Shown here: positions 18,202 to 27,628 of the stretch, in pieces
Position numbering within the stretch: position 1 is the first letter of the stretch
Layout of the letters: the number at the start of each line of letters is the position of its first letter
Sequence record: OR805295.1
Length of the DNA: 64,000 nucleotides
Reading direction: 5' to 3' (one strand)
Position numbers and translations under genes: made by a program
The notes under the pieces: generated by a model
The model's input: only the letters and a program-made list of their open reading frames with translations
Told to the model about the DNA's origin: nothing
Database searches by the model: none

Positions 18202-19641
18202 GTGAAACAAAACAAAGACGTAGTAAAGGATTATAATACTGGCGTAGAAGATTTGTTTATAAAATTTTTCTTAACTGACCCAGAATTGTTTATTAGATGC
18301 CGATCTATAATACAACGAGACCACTATTCGGATAAGATTAACCAAAAAGTTATAGATTTTCTAAATGAACATGCAGATAAACATAGTACTCTTCCTACTG
18401 TAGAACAAGTATCTGCCATAACAGGAAAATCATTTGAGTTATTAGATAACATACATGATAGCCACAAAAATTGGTTTTTAGAAGAATACGAAACATTTGC
18501 TAGGCATAAACAACTAGAGAATGTGATATTAGAGTCTCCTGATTTATTAGTTACCGGCAGGTACGGAGAAGTTGAACAAAAAGTTAAGAATGCAGTTTCT
18601 ATTGCATTAGTTAAAGATTTAGGTACTGATTATTTTGGAGATCCACTGTCCAGACTTAATGCCATTAAAGACAGAAAATCGTTAGTGTCAACTGGCATGA
18701 AAGATTTAGATGCAAAACTGTACGGTGGTTTTGAGCGCGGAGCTCTAAATATTTTTGCAGGACAATCAGGTGCCGGCAAATCTATATTCCTACAAAATAT
18801 AGGATTAAATTGGGCTATAGCAGGACTTAACGTAGTTTACCTTAGTTTAGAATTAAGCGAAAACTTATGTTCTATGCGCATAGATTCTATGAACACAGGC
18901 ATTGATACAAAAGAAGTTTTACGCAGGGTAGATGACGTAGCTATAAAAGTTATTGAATCTAAAAAGAAAACTAAAGGCTCCCTTCGAATTAAGCAATTAC
19001 CTAACGGTTGTACAGCCAACGATATACGTTCTTATATAAAAGAGTACGAAATTCAAACAGGATTAAAAGTAGATGCAATAATGTTAGACTATTTGGATTT
19101 GTGTATGCCCATAAGTAAAAAGGTAAGTCCATCGGATCTGTTTGTTAAAGACAAATACGTTTCTGAAGAATTAAGGAACTTAGCAGTCGAGCTTCAAATT
19201 CTATTAGTCACTGCATCGCAGTTAAACAGAAATTCACACGAATCTGTAGATTTCGGACATGAACACATTTCTGGAGGTATTTCTAAGATTAATACTGCCG
19301 ATAACGTAATAGCTATTTTTACAACGCAAGCTATGAGAGAAAATGGAAGATATCAAATTCAATTTCTTAAAACACGTTCGTCGTCGGGTGTCGGGCAGAA
19401 AGTAGATCTTGCGTTTGATCAAAGAACACTAAGATTATCTGATTTAGATCCAGAACAAGCTAGCGCATTATCTGAGAATACAAGGAGTGTTATTGATAAA
19501 CTCCGCGCAGATAGGTCATTAGACACACCTAATAATAAAGATACTCATGTACAAAAGACACCTGCTATTGAACAAAAACCGGTAGAATCTATGGTAGAAA
19601 AAAGTGCCCGGCTTCGTAATCTACTTAGCGGCAACAGATAA
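18202..19641 (+). CDS. Replicative helicase (gp41/DnaB-like)
   Basis: FAGQSGAGKS, LSLEL, MLDYLDL, TASQLNR, ISKINTADNV, KTRSS. Confidence 0.93.
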   Translation: MKQNKDVVKDYNTGVEDLFIKFFLTDPELFIRCRSIIQRDHYSDKINQKVIDFLNEHADKHSTLPTVEQVSAITGKSFELLDNIHDSHKNWFLEEYETFARHKQLENVILESPDLLVTGRYGEVEQKVKNAVSIALVKDLGTDYFGDPLSRLNAIKDRKSLVSTGMKDLDAKLYGGFERGALNIFAGQSGAGKSIFLQNIGLNWAIAGLNVVYLSLELSENLCSMRIDSMNTGIDTKEVLRRVDDVAIKVIESKKKTKGSLRIKQLPNGCTANDIRSYIKEYEIQTGLKVDAIMLDYLDLCMPISKKVSPSDLFVKDKYVSEELRNLAVELQILLVTASQLNRNSHESVDFGHEHISGGISKINTADNVIAIFTTQAMRENGRYQIQFLKTRSSSGVGQKVDLAFDQRTLRLSDLDPEQASALSENTRSVIDKLRADRSLDTPNNKDTHVQKTPAIEQKPVESMVEKSARLRNLLSGNR

Positions 19642-19681
19642 TAGTAATAGTAGATAAATATAACGAATAGGGGATACTGAT

Positions 19682-19921
19682 GTGAGTACTAGACGTAGTA
19701 TTTTAGAAGAACTTAATAATTATGTTCCTTCTAAGAGCAAAGAAGAATTGATAGAATATAGAGCAGAACATATAATACAATCTGCAATTCATCTAATTGA
19801 GTATATCGAATCTAATTACTCTGATGCAGACGCAGAGCAATTAGAAAAAAAATTACTTAGTAGTATCAAATACAAGGATGCTAAACGATTTAGTAAGTCA
19901 GTGAGAAAACTTAAGGAATAA
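19682..19921 (+). CDS. Conserved hypothetical protein
   Basis: GTG start with GGGG SD, after GATAAATA (19653-60). Confidence 0.65.
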   Translation: MSTRRSILEELNNYVPSKSKEELIEYRAEHIIQSAIHLIEYIESNYSDADAEQLEKKLLSSIKYKDAKRFSKSVRKLKE

Positions 19922-19923
19922 TA

Positions 19924-20535
19924 ATGAAAAAAGTATTCGAAGCTAGTACATTTGACGATTTCATTGGGTTAAACAGTCCAGTAGCACAACAGAGCAGCTA
20001 TATGCATGAAGCACCGGATGTATCTGATGCAGAATCTTCTTCTAAAAAGAAGATAGCTTCTAAACAACCTAATAAAAAAGCGCCTACTAAACGTACTACT
20101 AAAGAAGTCGTTAAACAATTTGTTAAAAAAGCAAGTGAAGACAATGCAAAAGTGGGTCCAGAAAAAAAAGAAACTGATCCAGAATATGTAAAGCAGTTTC
20201 TTATAGGTTTAGGATATCCGGAAGAGCAGGTGCAAGATATAATTCAAGGTAAATTAAAAGTCCAAACAAAAATACCTGAAATTATTCCAGATACACAAAA
20301 ACTAGAAACAAAACCTGAACAACCTAAACAAACACAACGACCAGCACCCACTCGCGCTCCCGAGCCAAGACCTGACATAGCAGGCGAACTTAACTCCTAC
20401 ACTAAAGCTAATACATTTGAATTGACTCCAGAACAACAGGAAGACATGGAGCGTATTCAAAGATTTGTAACATCAGGTGTGTTAAATAAAAGACAACTTC
20501 TTACGCTAATACGAGAATTAGAAAACGATGACTAA
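19924..20535 (+). CDS. Hypothetical protein, probably head-internal
   Basis: 203 aa, charged and low complexity; N-terminus MKKVFEAS. Confidence 0.6.
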   Translation: MKKVFEASTFDDFIGLNSPVAQQSSYMHEAPDVSDAESSSKKKIASKQPNKKAPTKRTTKEVVKQFVKKASEDNAKVGPEKKETDPEYVKQFLIGLGYPEEQVQDIIQGKLKVQTKIPEIIPDTQKLETKPEQPKQTQRPAPTRAPEPRPDIAGELNSYTKANTFELTPEQQEDMERIQRFVTSGVLNKRQLLTLIRELENDD

Positions 20536-21727
20536 TAAAACTTTTAAAAGATTTTTATCTACAGAAAAATCTAAACAGGAATTAAAAGATCTAAACCGTC
20601 TCTATGAATCTGTGCGTAACGATATTTCGGAGTTTACTACAATCATAGAGGCATTTATTTCGCCAGGAGAAATAGTAAATATATTCAACATTGCTTCTAA
20701 GAAAAGAGGATCTGGTAAAGGATTTTTAGGATCCTTTACTTCTGATAACAGAAGTGCATCAAATGCTGCCAATCAAGTTAAACAGCGAATAGAGCCTGTA
20801 ATAGACCAAATATATGATCAGGCAGAACAAACTGAAATATCACATGAAGTTCAGTCAGATGATAAAGAAACTGCCGAAGAAGCTCAACGTAAACTTAATA
20901 AACAGGCAATAAAAGATAAAGTAGATATAAAGACTGCGTTATCTGGCCAAAGACGAGCAGCAGATGTTAATAAAATGGTAGATTATTTAATGAGGCAGCT
21001 ATCTAATTCTGCCGCCGCTGCATTTATATCATCTACTTTATCTGCCGCCGCAGAATCTGCTAAAAAAGGAACAGTAGCAAACGAAATATTTGCTATGTTA
21101 TCATTTGCACTAGATAAAGTCAATAAAGAATTAGATGATACTTCCTCTACAAATGAATCTATTATAAACGAAGGACCATTAGATTTTTTATCGAGGGCTT
21201 GGTCTAGAGTCACAGACACTATCGGTAATTCAAATGTAGGACAAAATGCATCTAATAAGCTAGATGTATTAAAGGGACAATTAGGTCTAAATGGCGGCCG
21301 TGGTGAAGTTGATGCAGATATACTAAAACGAGTATGGAAGAATAAATATCACGGTTCTACTGATAGTGCAGATATAGAGCAAATTCTCAAAGATTTTAAA
21401 TTTAGTGATAGAGAAATCAAAAATATATTCAAAGAAGCAGGAATTACAAAAGAAGAAGATTATAATGAAGAATTGGTTAGGGTAGCATCTCTTATTAAGA
21501 AAGCAGGGTTGCGAGCGCCCGTACTATCATGGCTAAAAAGAAACCAATCTAGATTGTATAAACTTCTTCCTGAAAGTATCGAATCTCCTATAATGGAAAA
21601 GTCTACTTTATCTGACAAAGATGTTTTAGATATTATTACTCAATTAACTTCTGAGACTGAACACCGAGATACCAATGAACTCGATCCAGATAATGAATCT
21701 AAACGGTTAAATAGAAAACATCGGTAA
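20528..21727 (+). CDS. Hypothetical protein, probably virion-internal
   Basis: 399 aa, helical, with several L/I-x-E sites (SIINEG, PIMEKS). Confidence 0.6.
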   Translation: MTNKTFKRFLSTEKSKQELKDLNRLYESVRNDISEFTTIIEAFISPGEIVNIFNIASKKRGSGKGFLGSFTSDNRSASNAANQVKQRIEPVIDQIYDQAEQTEISHEVQSDDKETAEEAQRKLNKQAIKDKVDIKTALSGQRRAADVNKMVDYLMRQLSNSAAAAFISSTLSAAAESAKKGTVANEIFAMLSFALDKVNKELDDTSSTNESIINEGPLDFLSRAWSRVTDTIGNSNVGQNASNKLDVLKGQLGLNGGRGEVDADILKRVWKNKYHGSTDSADIEQILKDFKFSDREIKNIFKEAGITKEEDYNEELVRVASLIKKAGLRAPVLSWLKRNQSRLYKLLPESIESPIMEKSTLSDKDVLDIITQLTSETEHRDTNELDPDNESKRLNRKHR

Positions 21728-21740
21728 TATTATTTTCTAT

Positions 21741-21787
21741 AAAAATCCCGTTACTGCTTGACGCAATAACGGGATTTTTGCTATTAT
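21741..21787 (+). terminator. Terminator hairpin with a sigma70 -35 box in its loop
   Basis: AAAAATCCCGTTA...TAACGGGATTTTT; TTGACG at 21758-63, 18 bp, TATTAT at 21782-87. Confidence 0.7.
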
Positions 21788-21811
21788 AACTTCGAATAAT
21801 AAGGTAATAGT

Positions 21812-23152
21812 ATGAATATTGCAGAAATACAAAAACACAAAGGGATTAAACATTTAGATAACTTAACACTCACAGAATTAGTATCATTTGTTAATTCCAT
21901 GCATGAAGCTACTATAACAGAAAAAATAGACGGTTACTATTTATGTATGGGGTTAGATAATATAGGTTTATTCACATCTAGGGAAGGTAAGGGCGGAACT
22001 AGAATTTATAATATTTCTGCATTAGAAAAGACATTTAAGAATGTATACCATATAATAGCCCACACCTTGTTAGAACAAAATAAAGATATTTTAATTAAAA
22101 GTGGATTATCAGTTGGAGATATATATGAAATTGAAGTATTATACGGGAAGATACCCAACGTAATTGAATATGACGGCATCAATCGAATTGTATTTTTAAG
22201 AAATTTAAACGGCAATTCGTTTGATTGTGTATCTACAGCAATGAATAACATAAGAGATTGTGTTGAGTTGTCTATACCTGTAGTAAATGACAATGGTGTA
22301 GGTTTTACTGAAGAGACGAGCATAACAGAATGGGAATTTTCTAAATTAGAAAGTATAAAACTATCTAATCTTAATCTTCAATTAGATACAATTTTAAAAG
22401 ATATAGTAGACTTTGCTAGTTCTCCTTCTAAAATAGAAGGGATGACTAATTTAAAGTCAATTGAACTTAAAGTGACCAGTAGGTTAAATAGCGAGAAGGT
22501 TACTGAAGATAGCAAACAACTCATTAAAGATAATAGAGAGTATATTTTCAACAAAACAAAAGAGTTTTCTTCTAAGTTAAAAGAACGTATATTAAATGAT
22601 ATATCTTTAAAATCTAATTTCGGTGCTACTTTTGTAGAAGGATATGTAATACGTACACCTAGTATGCAAGTAAAAATTGTAGATAAGACTTTATTTACTG
22701 AAGTAAATGAATTTTATCATATGTACAGTAATGCACTTTGTAGATTGGCAACGAATGATAATATCTCCGGACAAACTTCTCTATTTAGTGAAACTTTTAT
22801 AAAAGTAGGCAAAGTCCTCGGCAATAAAAATCTAGGCACAGTTAGGCGCAAACAAGTAAACATTGATGATAGAATTCTAAATAATATAGATAAAAATGTA
22901 ATATTAGGAATACTATCTGAATCTATAAACGAGCTAGACACTTTTACTAAATCTTATTTAAACAGATACAAAGATATGGAAAAAGTGGTATATAAATCGT
23001 ATATGAAATATACATTTAGATATAACGATTCTGTTCATACAAAAACATTAGAAGCAATTTCTAATCTTAGGAATAGATTGTATAATGCGAAAGAAATAGT
23101 TAGTAATTCTAGTTCTGTAAAAGAATTATTTAACAAGTTGGCGTCTATATAG
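21812..23152 (+). CDS. Ligase-superfamily covalent nucleotidyltransferase (RNA ligase-like)
   Basis: Motif I TEKIDG, motif III EIEVL, motif IV EGYVIR, motif V VKIV. Confidence 0.6.
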   Translation: MNIAEIQKHKGIKHLDNLTLTELVSFVNSMHEATITEKIDGYYLCMGLDNIGLFTSREGKGGTRIYNISALEKTFKNVYHIIAHTLLEQNKDILIKSGLSVGDIYEIEVLYGKIPNVIEYDGINRIVFLRNLNGNSFDCVSTAMNNIRDCVELSIPVVNDNGVGFTEETSITEWEFSKLESIKLSNLNLQLDTILKDIVDFASSPSKIEGMTNLKSIELKVTSRLNSEKVTEDSKQLIKDNREYIFNKTKEFSSKLKERILNDISLKSNFGATFVEGYVIRTPSMQVKIVDKTLFTEVNEFYHMYSNALCRLATNDNISGQTSLFSETFIKVGKVLGNKNLGTVRRKQVNIDDRILNNIDKNVILGILSESINELDTFTKSYLNRYKDMEKVVYKSYMKYTFRYNDSVHTKTLEAISNLRNRLYNAKEIVSNSSSVKELFNKLASI

Positions 23153-24172
23153 ATGGCACATTTAAGTAAAACTCAACTATTAAAAAGAAATAATTGGGAT
23201 ATATTTCTTAATAAAATAGAAAATAGAGAGTATTTTACACTAGTAAATGGTAGTAAAATAAAATTAGGATATAAGTCTACTGTAGCTAATTCTAAATTTG
23301 TTAAATTTTTACGTTCTTCGGGTTTAGAGAAGTCGCTAGAATCGTTAAAAAATGGGAATAAAATTGTATTCCCGTCCGGTAGTGATACTGTAGCCCTTTC
23401 TGAAATATTAAAATCTAGTGAATTTGGCGGAAAACCCGGAAGCAAACAGTTATTAGAAAGGCAAGAACATTCCTTTGTATCTATAATAAATAATGAAACA
23501 AGTAGTTGCCCTGTCACTATTAATGCTAATTTAAAAATAGAAAATGTTACAAATGCATATAAATATAGTGGGAGAAACAGTTTAGGAAAAGAACCGTACA
23601 CTGATGTTGTTCTTAATACAGTTAACGGAGCGTGCTACAATATAAGTATGAAAGGTGTTACGTCACCGTCTATAGCAGGCGGCGGTCTAGCAGGCATAAA
23701 CGTAATAGCACCCGGATTTATGAACGAACCGTTGCAATGTGCTATAGAATACTTTAAAAACAAAGGATATAAACAGGGTCACGAATTTTCTAAAAATGAC
23801 CCAGCGGATGTATTTTATAAAATTCCAGTTTCTGTTGCTACTAAGATAGTAAAAGGTACAAAAGAAATGGGAGGACCCATAGATTATCTATACATAGGTC
23901 CCATGGATGTAAAATATTCTGTTACAGATAATGTAATTACATTTAATGGTAAATTTTTAACTGTTTCTGATTTAATAAATTCGGAAGAATTATATATTAG
24001 GATTAGGCGACGGTCAAATGACCAGACACTAACATATATTGATGTAGATACATTTGGATATCCTAGCTTATTTACTAGTCAATCCGAGCCTAACAGACGG
24101 ATAGAAGTTTATAAGAAATCCCAAATGCCAAGGAACGCAACAATAATTAATAAGGGTTTACAATGCGATTAG
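23153..24172 (+). CDS. Putative PD-(D/E)xK (restriction-endonuclease fold) protein
   Basis: ERQE...EPYTDVVL...NISMKG pattern. Confidence 0.45.
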   Translation: MAHLSKTQLLKRNNWDIFLNKIENREYFTLVNGSKIKLGYKSTVANSKFVKFLRSSGLEKSLESLKNGNKIVFPSGSDTVALSEILKSSEFGGKPGSKQLLERQEHSFVSIINNETSSCPVTINANLKIENVTNAYKYSGRNSLGKEPYTDVVLNTVNGACYNISMKGVTSPSIAGGGLAGINVIAPGFMNEPLQCAIEYFKNKGYKQGHEFSKNDPADVFYKIPVSVATKIVKGTKEMGGPIDYLYIGPMDVKYSVTDNVITFNGKFLTVSDLINSEELYIRIRRRSNDQTLTYIDVDTFGYPSLFTSQSEPNRRIEVYKKSQMPRNATIINKGLQCD

Positions 24173-24408
24173 ATGAAATACAAAGTAAAACTCCTGTATC
24201 CGATATTACTAAGGATATAGCTTTCGATAAGAGTTTATATCAAAAGGTCATTAAAATAATTAATAAGAGAATTAAATTAGGCGACCTCGGCGCCAGCGCA
24301 GCGAAACGGTCTGTAATAAAACGCTGGAAAACAGGCGATCGCATTGCGCAAGGTTATAATGCAGATTTAAGTAAAATAAATCTATCAATATCGGACGTAT
24401 TAAAATAA
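24163..24408 (+). CDS. Hypothetical protein
   Basis: 81 aa; starts MRLDEI. Confidence 0.55.
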   Translation: MRLDEIQSKTPVSDITKDIAFDKSLYQKVIKIINKRIKLGDLGASAAKRSVIKRWKTGDRIAQGYNADLSKINLSISDVLK

Positions 24409-25121
24409 TGAGCGGAAATGCATTTGGTCAATTAGAACCGGTGAGCTTATCGGTATTACCAGATATAGTGTTGTCGTTAGAAAGTATTCTTAGTTTATCT
24501 TTATCGAATAATTATTTAGGATCTACTGGAAAATTTCCAGTAACAGGTGATATAGATTTAGCAATAGATAAAGATTATATAACGTTATCTGATTTTAAAT
24601 CTTTATTATTATCTTCGTTTGGTCAAGAAAATGTAATCCAACATGGCGGACAGCCATCTTTCTCTGTTAAATATCAGCACACTGATACTAAATATTATCA
24701 GGTAGATTTTATGCACGGGGAAGTTAATTGGCTAAAATTATATTATTTTAGAGATGAAAACTCAGCATACAAAGGATCTCATAGAAATTTAGCAATTTCT
24801 GGAATTTTCCAAACACAATTCTTGGATCCCACTACTGATTATGTTTCTAGATATATATGGTCGCCTGTTAGGGGTATGGTACGAATAAATCGATATTACG
24901 ATACATCTATACCTGACGTTACTATATCGCAAACTACTCATCCTACTTTAATAAAATATGTACTAGGGGCTAATATAAATTCTTTAGAGGATTTATATAA
25001 TTTTATTCCGTATTATGAAGGAGATCCAGAAGCGACGTATTCTGCTATAGCAAATAATTTTAAAAATGCTAATATAGTGGACGGTTTTGTATTTCCTACA
25101 GAAATACAAAAATATATTTAG
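24408..25121 (+). CDS. Pol-beta superfamily nucleotidyltransferase
   Basis: LGSTGK...GDIDLAID...QVDFM (GS, DxD and third Asp). Confidence 0.7.
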   Translation: MSGNAFGQLEPVSLSVLPDIVLSLESILSLSLSNNYLGSTGKFPVTGDIDLAIDKDYITLSDFKSLLLSSFGQENVIQHGGQPSFSVKYQHTDTKYYQVDFMHGEVNWLKLYYFRDENSAYKGSHRNLAISGIFQTQFLDPTTDYVSRYIWSPVRGMVRINRYYDTSIPDVTISQTTHPTLIKYVLGANINSLEDLYNFIPYYEGDPEATYSAIANNFKNANIVDGFVFPTEIQKYI

Positions 25122-25128
25122 GATTTTT

Positions 25129-25560
25129 ATGTCTAGTTATCAATCACGTTTTGACAAAATTATGTCGTCTATAGACAATACAACTAATATAAAAGTAGAC
25201 TGGGATGACATAAAAAACAATGGAACTCAAGCAGAATTTCATAGAAAGCACAAAGGCGAAGTTATATTTGGGTACAACTTCGGCGGAAAATTTTACTATA
25301 AACACGGCAATGTAATTAAGTCACTTCCATATCCCGGTCTAGAAGAGAGTGTATCTTTGCAAGAAAGTAGACCTACTAGATTAATAGACCTTATTTCTAG
25401 TATAGGAAAGAGTGATTTTATAAAAGATATAGTTTCTATAAAATCTACAGCTAATGGCATAGTTGCGTTAGTTAGTACAACGGATGGAAATGCATATGAA
25501 ATAACTCTCATTCCGGCAGAATACTCTACAAAATTTCCGGAAAAAACTAATAAACAATAG
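25129..25560 (+). CDS. Hypothetical protein
   Basis: ATG at 25129 with AGGA SD preferred over 25087. Confidence 0.55.
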   Translation: MSSYQSRFDKIMSSIDNTTNIKVDWDDIKNNGTQAEFHRKHKGEVIFGYNFGGKFYYKHGNVIKSLPYPGLEESVSLQESRPTRLIDLISSIGKSDFIKDIVSIKSTANGIVALVSTTDGNAYEITLIPAEYSTKFPEKTNKQ

Positions 25561-25626
25561 AAAAAGATAAATAACTATAGCTACAAAGGAAACTTTGTAT
25601 AAATTAATTAATGGAGAATATTTAAC

Positions 25627-25929
25627 ATGGTACAAAAAGTACATGGCGGCATCTTAGCAGGTACTAACTTAACTGGTCATCTGCAATATCTAAAAATCGA
25701 AGTTGCTAGCGTTGACGTAAACCCGCAATTACCTAACAGCGTAGCAGAACAAGTATATCGCACTGTTTCTTTAAAATCGACTCTAGTTATTATAGAATTC
25801 GATGCCGGTGTAATGCATGTTGCTGTAGAAAATGCTGGCGACGGCTGGACCAAGGCAGACCTAGAAGCTGCATTAACTGCTGCTGGTTTGACTGGTACTG
25901 TTACTGTAGGTAAGTTTACTGTAGTTTAA
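25627..25929 (+). CDS. Small late/virion protein
   Basis: GGAG SD; GATAAATA at 25566; followed by a strong terminator, suggesting high expression. Confidence 0.65.
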   Translation: MVQKVHGGILAGTNLTGHLQYLKIEVASVDVNPQLPNSVAEQVYRTVSLKSTLVIIEFDAGVMHVAVENAGDGWTKADLEAALTAAGLTGTVTVGKFTVV

Positions 25930-25952
25930 TATAGTTAACTTAAATGAAACTT

Positions 25953-25980
25953 GAAAGGGCTTATTAAGCCCTTTCTTGTT
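25953..25980 (+). terminator. Rho-independent terminator
   Basis: GAAAGGGCTT-ATT-AAGCCCTTTC-TTGTT. Confidence 0.8.
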
Positions 25981-26047
25981 CTTAGTGTGTAGAAAAAACT
26001 TTACATATGCGATAAATACCTATATAATATGTGTATAGGTAATAGCA

Positions 26048-26512
26048 ATGACACAAAAAATTCATGGTACTAGTAGTGCCCAACAAAATCTAACTGCCGA
26101 TGTACCCTATTTTATTGTATATGCGCAATCCGATAAGGCATATACTGATCCCGAAAACGCAGAAGGGATAAACATCTTAGTAACAAATAATATACATGAT
26201 ATAAGCCAAAAGAATTTCGAAATACTTCTTCAAAGTATAGGTCTCAGAGCTATGCCAGTTATAATGAATAATCCTGTTCCTGTTGCTAATTTAGCTGCAT
26301 ATGGTGCCCCTACATTAATTGGCGAAGGATTTGTATGGAAATTTGCATGCGAAATGCCAGAAGTGTTTACTAATTATAACCCATACGGTACACCCGGAAC
26401 AACTGGGTTATTAGTAGACGAACTAGATGGTATTATATTGCCGTCGGGTACCATTATAAGAACATATGGGTCAGGTTTAAACATAGAATTTGTGAGATCT
26501 TCATTATTATGA
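26048..26512 (+). CDS. Late/virion protein, paralog-like to 25627
   Basis: MTQKIHG...QNLT matches MVQKVHG...TNLT; GATAAATA at 26011. Confidence 0.65.
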   Translation: MTQKIHGTSSAQQNLTADVPYFIVYAQSDKAYTDPENAEGINILVTNNIHDISQKNFEILLQSIGLRAMPVIMNNPVPVANLAAYGAPTLIGEGFVWKFACEMPEVFTNYNPYGTPGTTGLLVDELDGIILPSGTIIRTYGSGLNIEFVRSSLL

Positions 26513-27135
26513 ATAAAATAAAATTAGAACAAATATTAAAAGAACAATTCGGTTTAAACGAACTAGAATTACGTTCATTTATGAAATATATTTCATTTAA
26601 GGATTTTGTGGCATTAACTGAGAGTCAAGACCACATAGATTCTGACATTATAAAACATATAGTAGAATCGTTAGATAATAGTTATTCTGCTGTAAGGGAT
26701 ACTTCGATTGCACCAAATCAACAACAAAAAATTACTGCTGCTGATTTAACTAATTTAAAAGATACTCCTAATTTTAAGAAATTAAAAACTGGTGATAAAC
26801 TTACAATTGCTAATCCCGAATCCGGAAATCCTAAAGATGTAACAGTAAAAAATAAAACAATAGCAGGCAATACTATTACTATTAATACTTCCGACGGCGG
26901 TTCAATTGTTCAATCGGGCGATAGTATAATTCCGGTTACTCCTAATATGTCTGCAGACGATGCAACAAAAGAAATCGATCGTATAAAAAAATTAGCCGGT
27001 ATATCTAATGATTCGGCTGTAGATGAATCATCATTTATGTCATCTGCTGCTATAAGTGGTGTAGTAACTCCATTAGGTGAAATAAAACGCAGACATAAGA
27101 AACCTAAAAAGCCCGGTCCCAAACCAAAAAAGTAA
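26509..27135 (+). CDS. Hypothetical protein (late block)
   Basis: 208-aa ORF. Confidence 0.6.
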   Translation: MNKIKLEQILKEQFGLNELELRSFMKYISFKDFVALTESQDHIDSDIIKHIVESLDNSYSAVRDTSIAPNQQQKITAADLTNLKDTPNFKKLKTGDKLTIANPESGNPKDVTVKNKTIAGNTITINTSDGGSIVQSGDSIIPVTPNMSADDATKEIDRIKKLAGISNDSAVDESSFMSSAAISGVVTPLGEIKRRHKKPKKPGPKPKK

Positions 27136-27136
27136 T

Positions 27137-27592
27137 ATGCCTAAAAAAATAAACAAAAAGAAAATATTAGAGACATTTGATGAAGTAATATCATCTACTA
27201 TACTATCATTAAATGAAGATGAGTTAGAATTATTAGCAGATAAAAAGAATGAATCTGTATATGGTAGTTATGTAATTAAATATAAAAATGATAAGTGGAT
27301 AATAGTTAATTCCGATACAGCAAGAAAAGAAAACATTTCTTTTAACTTATACAGTACGGCATACTGCTATGCTATGTGTATGGAAAAGAATTTAATAAAC
27401 GGAAAAAGAAAAGTTCTAAATTGGGAATCTAGTTACACAAAACATTTAAATGATATAGTTCATTATTCGTATTCTAAACGATTTGCTAATTTAGAAGATA
27501 CTTGTATGTATGATGACAGAATTTCTGTTGCTAAACACAACATAGTTAAGCTAAAGCGCGCAATTAGATCCTTTAGGTTATCTAATAAATAA
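27137..27592 (+). CDS. Hypothetical protein (late block)
   Basis: 151-aa ORF. Confidence 0.6.
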   Translation: MPKKINKKKILETFDEVISSTILSLNEDELELLADKKNESVYGSYVIKYKNDKWIIVNSDTARKENISFNLYSTAYCYAMCMEKNLINGKRKVLNWESSYTKHLNDIVHYSYSKRFANLEDTCMYDDRISVAKHNIVKLKRAIRSFRLSNK

Positions 27593-27628
27593 TGATAAAT
27601 ATATACAAAATTATAAGGTAATTTAGCT

